64,000 nt of DNA from Segetibacter sp. Its GTDB lineage: Bacteria > Bacteroidota > Bacteroidia > Chitinophagales > Chitinophagaceae. Positions 1-7,691 of this stretch are shown in pieces. The stretch spans positions 1,832 to 65,831 of the forward strand of contig JANPHE010000273.1 of NCBI GenBank assembly GCA_031424295.1. The letters are read 5' to 3'. Below the pieces are notes generated by a model. That model had not been told where the DNA came from and ran no database searches. It worked only from the letters and a program-made list of their open reading frames with translations. Each line of letters starts with the position of its first letter. Positions within the stretch are counted from its first letter, which is position 1. A program made the translations under genes and the position numbers.

Positions 1-153
1 AATAATGATAAACTGTAGCATAACTGCATCGTGAAGCATATCATTTTCACAAAATGTTTCCCGGTTTTCATGCATTGTAAATCTTTCAATATCCGCAATA
101 GCTTGTTGAATATGTAGCAAACGCTGATGGCTTTCAATATGGCTATCTTTCAT
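1..153 (-). CDS. HepT-like HEPN/DUF86 toxin, N-terminal fragment (runs off the window edge)
   Basis: Manual minus-strand translation from the ATG at 153-151 gives MKDSHIESHQRLLHIQQAIADIERFTMHENRETFCENDMLHDAVMLQFIII... This shows the L-x-HI-x-x-AI-x-x-IE-x-F ... DAV ... IIG pattern typical of DUF86/HepT. The start overlaps the stop (143-145) of the upstream nucleotidyltransferase gene, as in MntA-HepT operons. It is absent from the ORF track because it is truncated. Confidence 0.6.
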   Translation of the reverse strand, partial: MKDSHIESHQRLLHIQQAIADIERFTMHENRETFCENDMLHDAVMLQFIII

Positions 154-751
154 AAATCAGTTGTAGGTCCGGTTTTATGTGCTCAAATATGTAAGGTCTA
201 AAGCTATCAATAAAACCCACATCTACTTTTCTATTAATCTTGGTTTCCAGTTGATGTTGTACTTCTGCCAAATCGAAATAAGTAAATGCTGCATTCGTTT
301 CTAGCGCAATATCCACATCACTTTTGGGTCCATCGTCCCCCCTTGAGAATGAGCCATAAATCCATGCTTTATCAATTTGTGGAAATTTTTTTATTTGATC
401 TTTTAATGCCTTTATCAAATCTTTTCTATCAATTTTCTTAAAGGTGTTATAAGCTATTTGTTCCTCTGCAACCTGCAATGCTCTCAATGCTAAATCTTCT
501 TCGCCAACTTCGTTTAAAATTTTCTGGCTCAAATATAGAACCGTCAATTCATCTTCGTCGTGCTTGTACATCTTAGCCAGTTTCTGTACAACTTCTTTAG
601 AAAGTGGTCTTTCCCCTCGTTCCATTTTACTAAGAATAGACACATCAATATCCAACAAAGCCGCTACTTTTCGTAGTGGCAGCTTGTTTTCTTCTCTCAA
701 TTTTCGGAGTTTGTCTCCAATTGTTTCTTTGGACATTTTATCTGTGGACAA
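143..751 (-). CDS. XRE-family HTH fused to an MntA-like minimal nucleotidyltransferase (putative type VII antitoxin)
   Basis: 202-aa ORF. The N-terminus GDKLRKLREENKLPLRKVAALLDIDVSILSKMERGERPLS is a Cro/C1-type helix-turn-helix. The C-terminus IYGSFSRGDDGPKSDVDIALE is the G-S...D-x-D motif of pol-beta-type nucleotidyltransferases. It is translationally coupled to the DUF86 ORF. Confidence 0.75.
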   Translation of the reverse strand: MSTDKMSKETIGDKLRKLREENKLPLRKVAALLDIDVSILSKMERGERPLSKEVVQKLAKMYKHDEDELTVLYLSQKILNEVGEEDLALRALQVAEEQIAYNTFKKIDRKDLIKALKDQIKKFPQIDKAWIYGSFSRGDDGPKSDVDIALETNAAFTYFDLAEVQHQLETKINRKVDVGFIDSFRPYIFEHIKPDLQLIYER

Positions 752-916
752 ATTTTGTCAAAAGTAAGAATTGGTTTTGGGAGTTGCACTATTTAATTGC
801 TGTAAATATGCATTGACCATCTAAGAAAAAATGACCGGATCTATTGAACCGGGCTTTGAATGACCGAATTCGCTATATCTTCCTACTTATTGTACCAAAT
901 TTGGGGTCTTTGGCTG

Positions 917-1228
917 GCTGCGTTCCGTTTGTCTGGAATGCTCCAGGCAGTGCTACTTGCTTCGTTTCGTTTGTCTAATATGCTCCAGGCAGCGTTACTT
1001 GCTGCGTTTCGTTTGTCTAATACGCTCTAGGCAGCGTTACTTGCTGCGTTCCGTTTGTCTGATATGTTCTAGGCAGCGTTACTTGCTGCGTTCCGTTTGT
1101 CTGATATGCTTCAGGCAGCGTTACTTGCCACGTTCCGTTTGTCTGGAATGCTCGAGGCAGTGTTACTTGCTGCGTTTCGTTTGTCTTGAATGCTCCAAGC
1201 AGCGTTACTTGCTTCGTTTCGTTTGCAT
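917..1228. repeat. 42-bp tandem direct repeat, 7 full copies plus a partial 8th
   Basis: The core cgtttgtct recurs at 926, 968, 1010, 1052, 1094, 1136 and 1178, an exact 42-nt period, with a degenerate copy at 1220. The consensus is roughly gctgcgtt(c/t)cgtttgtct(g/a)atatgctc(c/t)aggcagcgttactt. Each unit junction carries the small palindrome gcagc-gttactt-gctgc. Confidence 0.95.
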
Positions 1229-1245
1229 TTTCCTTTTCAGGTGTT

Positions 1246-1298
1246 TTCACCTGCAAACCTTTTGCCTTTTTGCCTTTGCAGGTTCTTCACCTGCAAAC
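1246..1298. repeat. Direct plus inverted repeat module directly after the tandem array
   Basis: ttcacctgcaaac occurs at 1246-1258 and again at 1286-1298. Between them, tttgcaggt (1275-1283) is the exact reverse complement of acctgcaaa, so it can pair with either copy. Confidence 0.85.
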
Positions 1299-1528
1299 TT
1301 GCCTAAAAAACAGGCTGTTGGTGAAGTACAGCAACAATGGCTAAAATTTATCTCCTTCGGGTAAATGATTATTTTTACTATAAACAAAAAAGAGAGGAAG
1401 CGTTGAGCAATGAAAAAAATTTTGTAGGTATAGACTGTTGAATGACCCAAAGCCGCCTTACTTTTAGCTGCAAAAGGTTGCCATAAACCCTATGGCGACA
1501 CTGTAAACATTAAACTAACATACAAAAA

Positions 1529-2728
1529 ATGAACAATAGAACTGTATTAATTCTTGGGTCGGGACACCTTGCTAATCGGACAAAGTTATTGGTAACTCAA
1601 AAGGGTTTTACAGTCACGCATTTGCCAAATCTTTTCTCTAACCTTCCAAGTGCTGATTCATCTACTATAAGTGAAACCGAAAAAATATTTCAAAACATGG
1701 ATATGAAGTCATTTACCATGACTTACGTCCTGTTTGAAAAGGACGAGGACAATCTTGAGATAGTAATTGCTATGATGGCATTGTATTCAAACATACCTAT
1801 TACGACCTCATTGTTTAATGAAAACATAAGACCACATTTAGAAAAAGCTAACACAAAATTAATAATTCTAAATCCAGCCAAGTTAGCAGCTCCTTTGTTT
1901 GTTAAAGCTCTTGATAATCCGATTGAACGCAATCAGAAAAGAGGAACGAAGCCTATTCGTATTATACCGAAAAAAAAATCAAGCAACTCCTTTTTAATAT
2001 TTTTGATTTCATTTTTTTCGCTTATCGTCTTTAGTTCTGTTGTGTTTTTTCATTTTAGTGAGCAATTATCCTGGCTTGATGCATTTTATTTTGTCGTTGT
2101 AACTATTTCAACAGTTGGCTATGGAGATATAAATCTTCAGAATTCCAGCGCACTAAGTAAGATGATTGGAATTGTGCTTATTCTTTGCTCATCTATTTTC
2201 ATTTGGCTGATTTTCTCACTTCTTATTGATAGAATAGTAAAAAGAAGAGCACAAAGGTCGTTGGGCAGAAAAAAGTATAATTACAAAAACCATGTCATTC
2301 TTTGCGGCCTGGGACGACTTGGGTATTTTATTGCAGATGAACTTCAGAAGACTGGAGAAAGAATCGTAGTTATAGAATCCAATCAAGAATCTGCAAGTAT
2401 TGAATACTTCCGTAGCCTGGACATAGATGTCTATATTGGAAATGCCCGTCAACCCCAAGTTCTGCAAGATGCAGGTGCAGAGCAGTGTCGTGCTTTGATT
2501 TCGGTAATCAATAATGATTATGCAAATCTTGAAATTGGATTAAATGCTAGATATTTCCAACCTGATCTCCGACTTGTTCTAAGAATTTTTGATGAATCTA
2601 TGGCTGATGTGATAAAGCAGAAATTTGATATCCATTTAACAAAAAGTATGTCTTTTATTGCTGCTGAAAAATTTGCTTCTATACTAGAGGTAAACAACAA
2701 TGAAAAAAACGAAACAAACACAAAATAA
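1529..2728 (+). CDS. Potassium channel with RCK/TrkA-N domains on both sides of the pore
   Basis: Selectivity filter TVGYGD lies between two hydrophobic helices. The C-terminal Rossmann motif is VILCGLGRLGYFIADEL...VVIESN (TrkA-N). The N-terminus VLILGSGHLANRT...DEDNLEIVIAMMAL also looks RCK-like. Confidence 0.85.
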   Translation: MNNRTVLILGSGHLANRTKLLVTQKGFTVTHLPNLFSNLPSADSSTISETEKIFQNMDMKSFTMTYVLFEKDEDNLEIVIAMMALYSNIPITTSLFNENIRPHLEKANTKLIILNPAKLAAPLFVKALDNPIERNQKRGTKPIRIIPKKKSSNSFLIFLISFFSLIVFSSVVFFHFSEQLSWLDAFYFVVVTISTVGYGDINLQNSSALSKMIGIVLILCSSIFIWLIFSLLIDRIVKRRAQRSLGRKKYNYKNHVILCGLGRLGYFIADELQKTGERIVVIESNQESASIEYFRSLDIDVYIGNARQPQVLQDAGAEQCRALISVINNDYANLEIGLNARYFQPDLRLVLRIFDESMADVIKQKFDIHLTKSMSFIAAEKFASILEVNNNEKNETNTK

Positions 2729-2736
2729 AAACAAAT

Positions 2737-3471
2737 ATGAATAAGAAAGAGCTTTGGTTAAATATTGCAAACTACCACTTTGACAACTTGGTTCCCACAC
2801 ACCTATGGGATGAAATAGCAGCAAAATTTGGAGGACAAAACCCATTTACAAAAGCATTTGCTGATAAACTTTCCCGAAAACTCAGCTGGAAAAAAAAATT
2901 CGCATTGAAAGCCATATGGGAATATAAGAAATTTGTTTACATGGGCGTAATAAGTGATTTTAGTGTAACTCCATCAAAAGTTATTGACCAAGTATGGCAT
3001 GAACATTTATTATTCAGTTCGGGTTACAGGAAATTTTGCAAGGAAATAATTCAATTTGATTTTGATCACAATCCAGAATTAGTATCTGTAGATAGTCAGA
3101 CCGAAGCATTCCAATCACAATACTTACATACAATAGAACTTTATAGAAAAGAATTTGGAATTGAACCACCAGCTGAGATTTGGGAAGTCACTAAATTCAA
3201 AGGAAAAATAGAAAAAATAGGAAAGCCCAAGAAAAATCAAAATGATTCTGGTTATTCTGATAGTTATGTTGGATCTGACCCTCTTATTACAATGTTCCCA
3301 TCTGCTGAAAGTAGTGATGTCGAATTTGGAAGGGGTGAATTCGGAGGCGGTGGTGGAGGTGGAAGCTGGGATGATTCTGATAACGATAGTTCTGATGGGA
3401 GTTCTGGTGATAGCTCAGACAGTGGTAGTTCCTGTAGTTCAAGTTGTGGGGGCGGATGTGGAGGTGATTAA
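2737..3471 (+). CDS. GRDP/DUF1399-like protein with a Gly/Ser/Asp/Cys-rich tail
   Basis: The motif IDQVWHEHLLFSSGYRKFC matches the W-H-x-H-x-L...Y signature of glycine-rich-domain-protein-like families. The last ~50 aa are low complexity (GGGGGGSWDDSDNDSSDGSSGDSSDSGSSCSSSCGGGCGGD). Confidence 0.45.
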   Translation: MNKKELWLNIANYHFDNLVPTHLWDEIAAKFGGQNPFTKAFADKLSRKLSWKKKFALKAIWEYKKFVYMGVISDFSVTPSKVIDQVWHEHLLFSSGYRKFCKEIIQFDFDHNPELVSVDSQTEAFQSQYLHTIELYRKEFGIEPPAEIWEVTKFKGKIEKIGKPKKNQNDSGYSDSYVGSDPLITMFPSAESSDVEFGRGEFGGGGGGGSWDDSDNDSSDGSSGDSSDSGSSCSSSCGGGCGGD

Positions 3472-3566
3472 ATATCTATTTGTCCCGCTGATTAAAGTGT
3501 TCCGCAGGATCACTTTAATCTAACAATGGTCTACAGGTCTGTGTCCGGCAAACATGATGTAGACTG

Positions 3567-3650
3567 TTCCCCGTTCTCCCTAAGTGTTCTCTAAAAAAAG
3601 TGGTATGTTGTTCAAGGTCTTAGCACAGCCAGACCCTGAACGAAAAATAA
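3567..3650. repeat. Copy A of an ~85-nt noncoding element (candidate structured RNA or miniature repeat)
   Basis: It shares ttcccc-n-t-n-ctccctaagtgttct, then ~18 variable nt, then ttgttcaagg-n-ctta, a hairpin, and gaacg-n-aa-n-ataa with 45095-45179 in the same orientation. The hairpin is ttcaaggtct (3611-3620) / agaccctgaa (3631-3640). It sits between two convergent genes. Confidence 0.6.
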
Positions 3651-3851
3651 TTCACACAGTTATTCGTGCATTCGTGGCAATAGTTTGTGTCTTATTGAAA
3701 AATACCACTGCTTCAAAAATTATTCTCATCCATTTTTCATGACACTAATTTGGTTATGTACGCCATAAAAAACGCTCAGTAGCGATATGCCGACGAACGG
3801 AGCGTCGCAAGCAATGTCCCATCTTAATTCAACCGCCCATTACCAAAAATC

Positions 3852-4622
3852 TTAAAACCTCAAATGCCTTACCGTTAAACCGCCGTTTTGTAGTTGCTTC
3901 AACGATTGTATGCCAATGTTGAGATGAATATCTACAAACTGAGAAGTGACAGCCACATCGCTCTTTTCGGTCTTTACGCCTTCAGGTATCATGGGTTGGT
4001 CGCTTACCAACAACAAAGCACCGGTAGGAATTTTGTTGAAAAAACCAACGGTAAAGATGGTGGCGGTTTCCATGTCTATAGCATAGGCACGTACCTTTTG
4101 CAGGTATTCTTTAAACTCGGTATCGTGTTCCCAAACCCTGCGGTTCATGGTATAAACCGTTCCTGTCCAATAGTCTACACCGAAATCGCGGATGGTGGTG
4201 GAGATGGCTTTTTGCAAAGCAAACGCAGGCAGGGCAGGCACTTCGGGTGGAAAGTAATCGTCTGAGGTACCCTCGCCTCTGATGGCGGCAATGGGTAGTA
4301 TAAGGTCACCTATTTTATTTCTTTTCTTTAGCCCACCGCATTTACCAAGAAACAAAACGGCTTCGGGTTCAATGGCCGTGAGCAAATCCATAACAGTAGC
4401 GGCACCCGGGCTTCCCATGCCAAAGTTGATAATGGTAATACCGTCGGCAGTGGCGCACTGCATAGGTCGGTCTCCGCCTACTATTTCTACACCATGTGTT
4501 TCTGCAAACATTTTTACATAACCGGAGAAGTTGGTCAGCAGAATGAATTTACCGAAATTTTCCAATTGTTCGCCTGTGTACCTTGGCAGCCAGTTTTTTA
4601 CTATTTCTTCTTTTGTTTTCAT
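3852..4622 (-). CDS. amn: AMP nucleosidase (short form, PNP/UDP phosphorylase fold)
   Basis: The ORF track extends to 4715, but MKTKEEIVKNWLPRYTG (ATG at 4622) is the plausible start. It contains INFGMGSPGAATVMDLL, LGKCGGL, AIDMETATIF and a nucleoside phosphorylase-type core resembling AMP nucleosidase catalytic domains. Confidence 0.75.
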   Translation of the reverse strand: MKTKEEIVKNWLPRYTGEQLENFGKFILLTNFSGYVKMFAETHGVEIVGGDRPMQCATADGITIINFGMGSPGAATVMDLLTAIEPEAVLFLGKCGGLKKRNKIGDLILPIAAIRGEGTSDDYFPPEVPALPAFALQKAISTTIRDFGVDYWTGTVYTMNRRVWEHDTEFKEYLQKVRAYAIDMETATIFTVGFFNKIPTGALLLVSDQPMIPEGVKTEKSDVAVTSQFVDIHLNIGIQSLKQLQNGGLTVRHLRF

Positions 4623-4693
4623 ATTATTCGCAATTTGTTTTGTTTTTCTTTGCAGGAATCGGATTCTGTAAAAATAGCAAATACTTTTGTTAC

Positions 4694-5125
4694 ATGATAA
4701 ACATTCAGTTTCCAAAGTTTGCTTACCGCATAAAAGGGGAGAAGGGTAAGGAAATCATTTTTGATGAATGCAGGAAACAATGGGTATCGCTAACGCCGGA
4801 AGAATGGGTGCGGCAAAACTTTTTACAATACCTGATTCAGGTAAAAAGTGTTCCGGGGTCCTTAATAGCTGTAGAAAAGGAAATATGGTTAGGCGATGTT
4901 AAGAAACGCTTTGATATTGTAGTGTATAAAGATGCCAAACCCTGGCTGATAGTTGAATGCAAAGAAATCCAGGTAGCACTGACAGAAGCAGTGATCAAAC
5001 AGGTGTTGAATTATAATATTTCTCTACAGGTTGAGTATCTTGTCGTCACGAATGGACAAAATACATTTGCTTTACAGATTAAGAATGATGTGCATCAATG
5101 GTTAACTGACATTCCCGCATTTTAA
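4694..5125 (+). CDS. HsdR-N-terminal-like PD-(D/E)xK domain protein (stand-alone)
   Basis: The likely start is MINIQFPKF (ATG at 4694). LTPEEWVRQNFLQYL ... RFDIVVY...PWLIVECKE gives a D...E-x-K nuclease-fold motif, as in the small type I restriction enzyme R-protein N-terminal domain proteins common in Bacteroidota. Confidence 0.65.
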   Translation: MINIQFPKFAYRIKGEKGKEIIFDECRKQWVSLTPEEWVRQNFLQYLIQVKSVPGSLIAVEKEIWLGDVKKRFDIVVYKDAKPWLIVECKEIQVALTEAVIKQVLNYNISLQVEYLVVTNGQNTFALQIKNDVHQWLTDIPAF

Positions 5126-5134
5126 ATAAAACGT

Positions 5135-7429
5135 ATGACGGAACTAGAATTGCAAATACAAGAATTGACCAGGCAGCTTGCCGACCTTCGCACCCGGCAT
5201 GTAGTCATGAAGCAGGATATGATGACTATTGAAAGGCGATTGGAACAATTAAGTTTTTCAGCTACCACGGTCATCGAGCAACCTGATACAATAGTGCATT
5301 CAAATGTAATAGAAGTTCCTGTTGAGGAACCAATCATTGAGGCAAAGCCTTACATCCAACAAGTACATGAACGGATACAGCAGGATAAAGCAATTCCTGC
5401 TACAGCGCGAAGAACAACTAAACAAATGGAAGATTTTATTGGTACAAATGTGATCAGTAAAGTTGGAATCCTCATTACAATCATCGGTGTATTTATTGGT
5501 GCAAAGTATGCCATTGATAAGGACCTGATTAGCCCTGCTATGCGCATCGTGACGGGTTATCTTTGCGGTGGGGTGCTGCTATTTATTGCACTTCGGTTAA
5601 AGGAAAAATACCTTTCCTTCAGTGCTGTATTGGTTGGTGGAGGTTTGGCAGTCACTTACTTTATTACCTATATAGCCTTTAGTTTTTACCAGTTATTTCC
5701 ACAAATACCAGCATTTATGATCATGTTGGTCACAACAGTAGCAGCAGTTGCTTTTGCGTTGTGGTACAATCAAAAAATCATTGCATTGTTGGGACAAGTA
5801 GCAGCTTATGCTATTCCTTTTTTGTTAAGCAACAATAGCCACAATGTAATGGCATTGTTCACTTATATTTCTATTATCAATCTTGGACTAATTTTCCTTT
5901 CTTTCAAGCGGGAATGGAAATCGATTTATCATATTGCATTTGGGATAACCTGGCTAATCTACATTTTTTGGGTAGCCGATGAAAGTGAATTGAAAGGTCA
6001 TTTTACACAAGGCCTCCTATTTATCAGTATCAACTTCCTTACTTTTTATGCTACATTTCTTGCTTTCAAAATTGTTCGCAAAGAGTTGTATAAACTGGGT
6101 GAGATAGCCTTGCTGCTTTCGAATGCGTTGCTGTATTTTTTTGTTGGTTATTACCTGATAAATGAAACGCAATCGAATGTTCATTTGCTGACCTATTTCA
6201 CTTTGGGAAATGCTGCTATTCATTTTCTTGTGGGGTTGTTCATTTATAGACTTAGTCTTGTAGATAAAACCGTTAGTCAGTTTATTGCCGGACTTGGATT
6301 GTTGTTTGTTACCGTTGCTATTCCTATAGAGTTGGATGGCAATTGGGTTACACTACTTTGGACTACAGAAGCCGTGATCGTTTTTCTTGTAGGTTTCAAA
6401 AATGAAAGGAAGTTATATCTTGATCTGTCTATTCCATTGATTGTTGTGGCTTGTATCAGTTTGCTGCAGGATTGGTTTCAGATGTATCCTTATTTGATGA
6501 GCGATCAAGTTTTGCCTTCAAATGTTGTAAGGCCATTTTTTCATCTCAATTTTTGGTTGGCAATTTCATCATGTTTGGGATTTGGGATAATTGCTTATCA
6601 ATCAAGCAGAAGGGGAAGTGCCGGCAATAGGGGTATCCCATTGTTTTTTACTTCGTTATTACCACTTGTCTTTGTTGGGTTGCTCTATTTGACCATTTTT
6701 CATGAGCTTCATCATGCATTTGATATCAATATTAGTCAACACATAAATCCACTTTTTGAAGAAAATAACCGGAATATTGACTTGCTGATTTACAGTTGTA
6801 TTTACATTTCATGTTGGATGGTGATCAACTACAATTGGATAAAGAAACAAAAATTTCATTTGTTGCTTTTATTGGCCGGAACTGGAGTGACAATTATTTT
6901 TCTTCTTGCTGGGCTAGATATTTTAGGAGAAATCCGTGAGGCATACATCAGTCATCATATTGATAGTGTAGATTTTTATTTTAATAGATATGCTTTAATA
7001 GCAGCTATAGCTTTACTTTGGTTATGTGCCTATTCTTCTGTGAAAACCTTTGGAGATGAAAATAAAATCCAACCTGGGTTTTCTATAACATTTAATATTT
7101 CGTTATTGGCGATTATTACAAATGAGTACATTCATTGGATGGAAATTGCAGGATATAGCAACCAATATAAGTTGGGCCTTTCATTAATTGCAGGGGGCTA
7201 TGCATTGACGCTTATTTTTATTGGGCTAATAAAAAAGAAAAAACATTTGAGAGTTTTTGCCATTTCTTTGTTTTCGCTCACATTAATTAAGCTGTTTTTT
7301 TATGATTTGTCTTCGTTATCAACTATTTCAAGGACAGTTGTATTAATTGTACTTGGTGCATTGCTTCTGATTGCATCTTTCCTTTACAATAAGTTCAAAG
7401 CGTTACTTTTTGATGGGGATGACAATTGA
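5135..7429 (+). CDS. DUF2339-type polytopic membrane protein
   Basis: 764 aa with an N-terminal coiled coil (LELQIQELTRQLADLRTRH), followed by more than 20 hydrophobic segments across the rest of the protein. Confidence 0.6.
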   Translation: MTELELQIQELTRQLADLRTRHVVMKQDMMTIERRLEQLSFSATTVIEQPDTIVHSNVIEVPVEEPIIEAKPYIQQVHERIQQDKAIPATARRTTKQMEDFIGTNVISKVGILITIIGVFIGAKYAIDKDLISPAMRIVTGYLCGGVLLFIALRLKEKYLSFSAVLVGGGLAVTYFITYIAFSFYQLFPQIPAFMIMLVTTVAAVAFALWYNQKIIALLGQVAAYAIPFLLSNNSHNVMALFTYISIINLGLIFLSFKREWKSIYHIAFGITWLIYIFWVADESELKGHFTQGLLFISINFLTFYATFLAFKIVRKELYKLGEIALLLSNALLYFFVGYYLINETQSNVHLLTYFTLGNAAIHFLVGLFIYRLSLVDKTVSQFIAGLGLLFVTVAIPIELDGNWVTLLWTTEAVIVFLVGFKNERKLYLDLSIPLIVVACISLLQDWFQMYPYLMSDQVLPSNVVRPFFHLNFWLAISSCLGFGIIAYQSSRRGSAGNRGIPLFFTSLLPLVFVGLLYLTIFHELHHAFDINISQHINPLFEENNRNIDLLIYSCIYISCWMVINYNWIKKQKFHLLLLLAGTGVTIIFLLAGLDILGEIREAYISHHIDSVDFYFNRYALIAAIALLWLCAYSSVKTFGDENKIQPGFSITFNISLLAIITNEYIHWMEIAGYSNQYKLGLSLIAGGYALTLIFIGLIKKKKHLRVFAISLFSLTLIKLFFYDLSSLSTISRTVVLIVLGALLLIASFLYNKFKALLFDGDDN

Positions 7430-7691
7430 TTTTGCTAAATATTTATCAGCAGGCAGCTTTTTCGGTCAGTTTCGCCTCTAATTATTCTAAAAGGGTTGCT
7501 ATTTGGGTAAGTTGTATTATATTGCATGCTCATTTGTAACCTGAGAACGGTTCTTTCACCTTTAAGTAATTAGTTATAGAAAACTGCTACACAACATTTT
7601 GACAATCATTTAGGAAGCGAATAATAATACGCTGATGATTTGGTTGTTAAATATATTCTTCTATTTTTACAAATTTTAAACAGTTGTGTGG

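Noticed and set aside
917-1228. Possible CRISPR array
   Set aside because: The repeats are directly contiguous with no unique spacers, and no cas genes are nearby.
957-1364. 135-aa plus-strand ORF with repeating LLRFVCLICSRQRY units
   Set aside because: It is an artefact of the 42-bp (14-codon) tandem DNA repeat staying in frame. The composition is implausible, and the minus-strand ORF 1017-1256 arises the same way.
1365-1528. Possible riboswitch (for example c-di-AMP/ydaO type) upstream of the K+ channel
   Set aside because: I saw only a short hairpin (gttgccata-aaccc-tatggcgac, about 1478-1500). None of the conserved ydaO or other riboswitch core sequences I know are present.
3242-3523. 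93-aa alternative-frame ORF over the Gly/Ser-rich tail
   Set aside because: It overlaps the 3' end of the better-supported 2737-3471 gene in another frame. It is a by-product of the low-complexity sequence.
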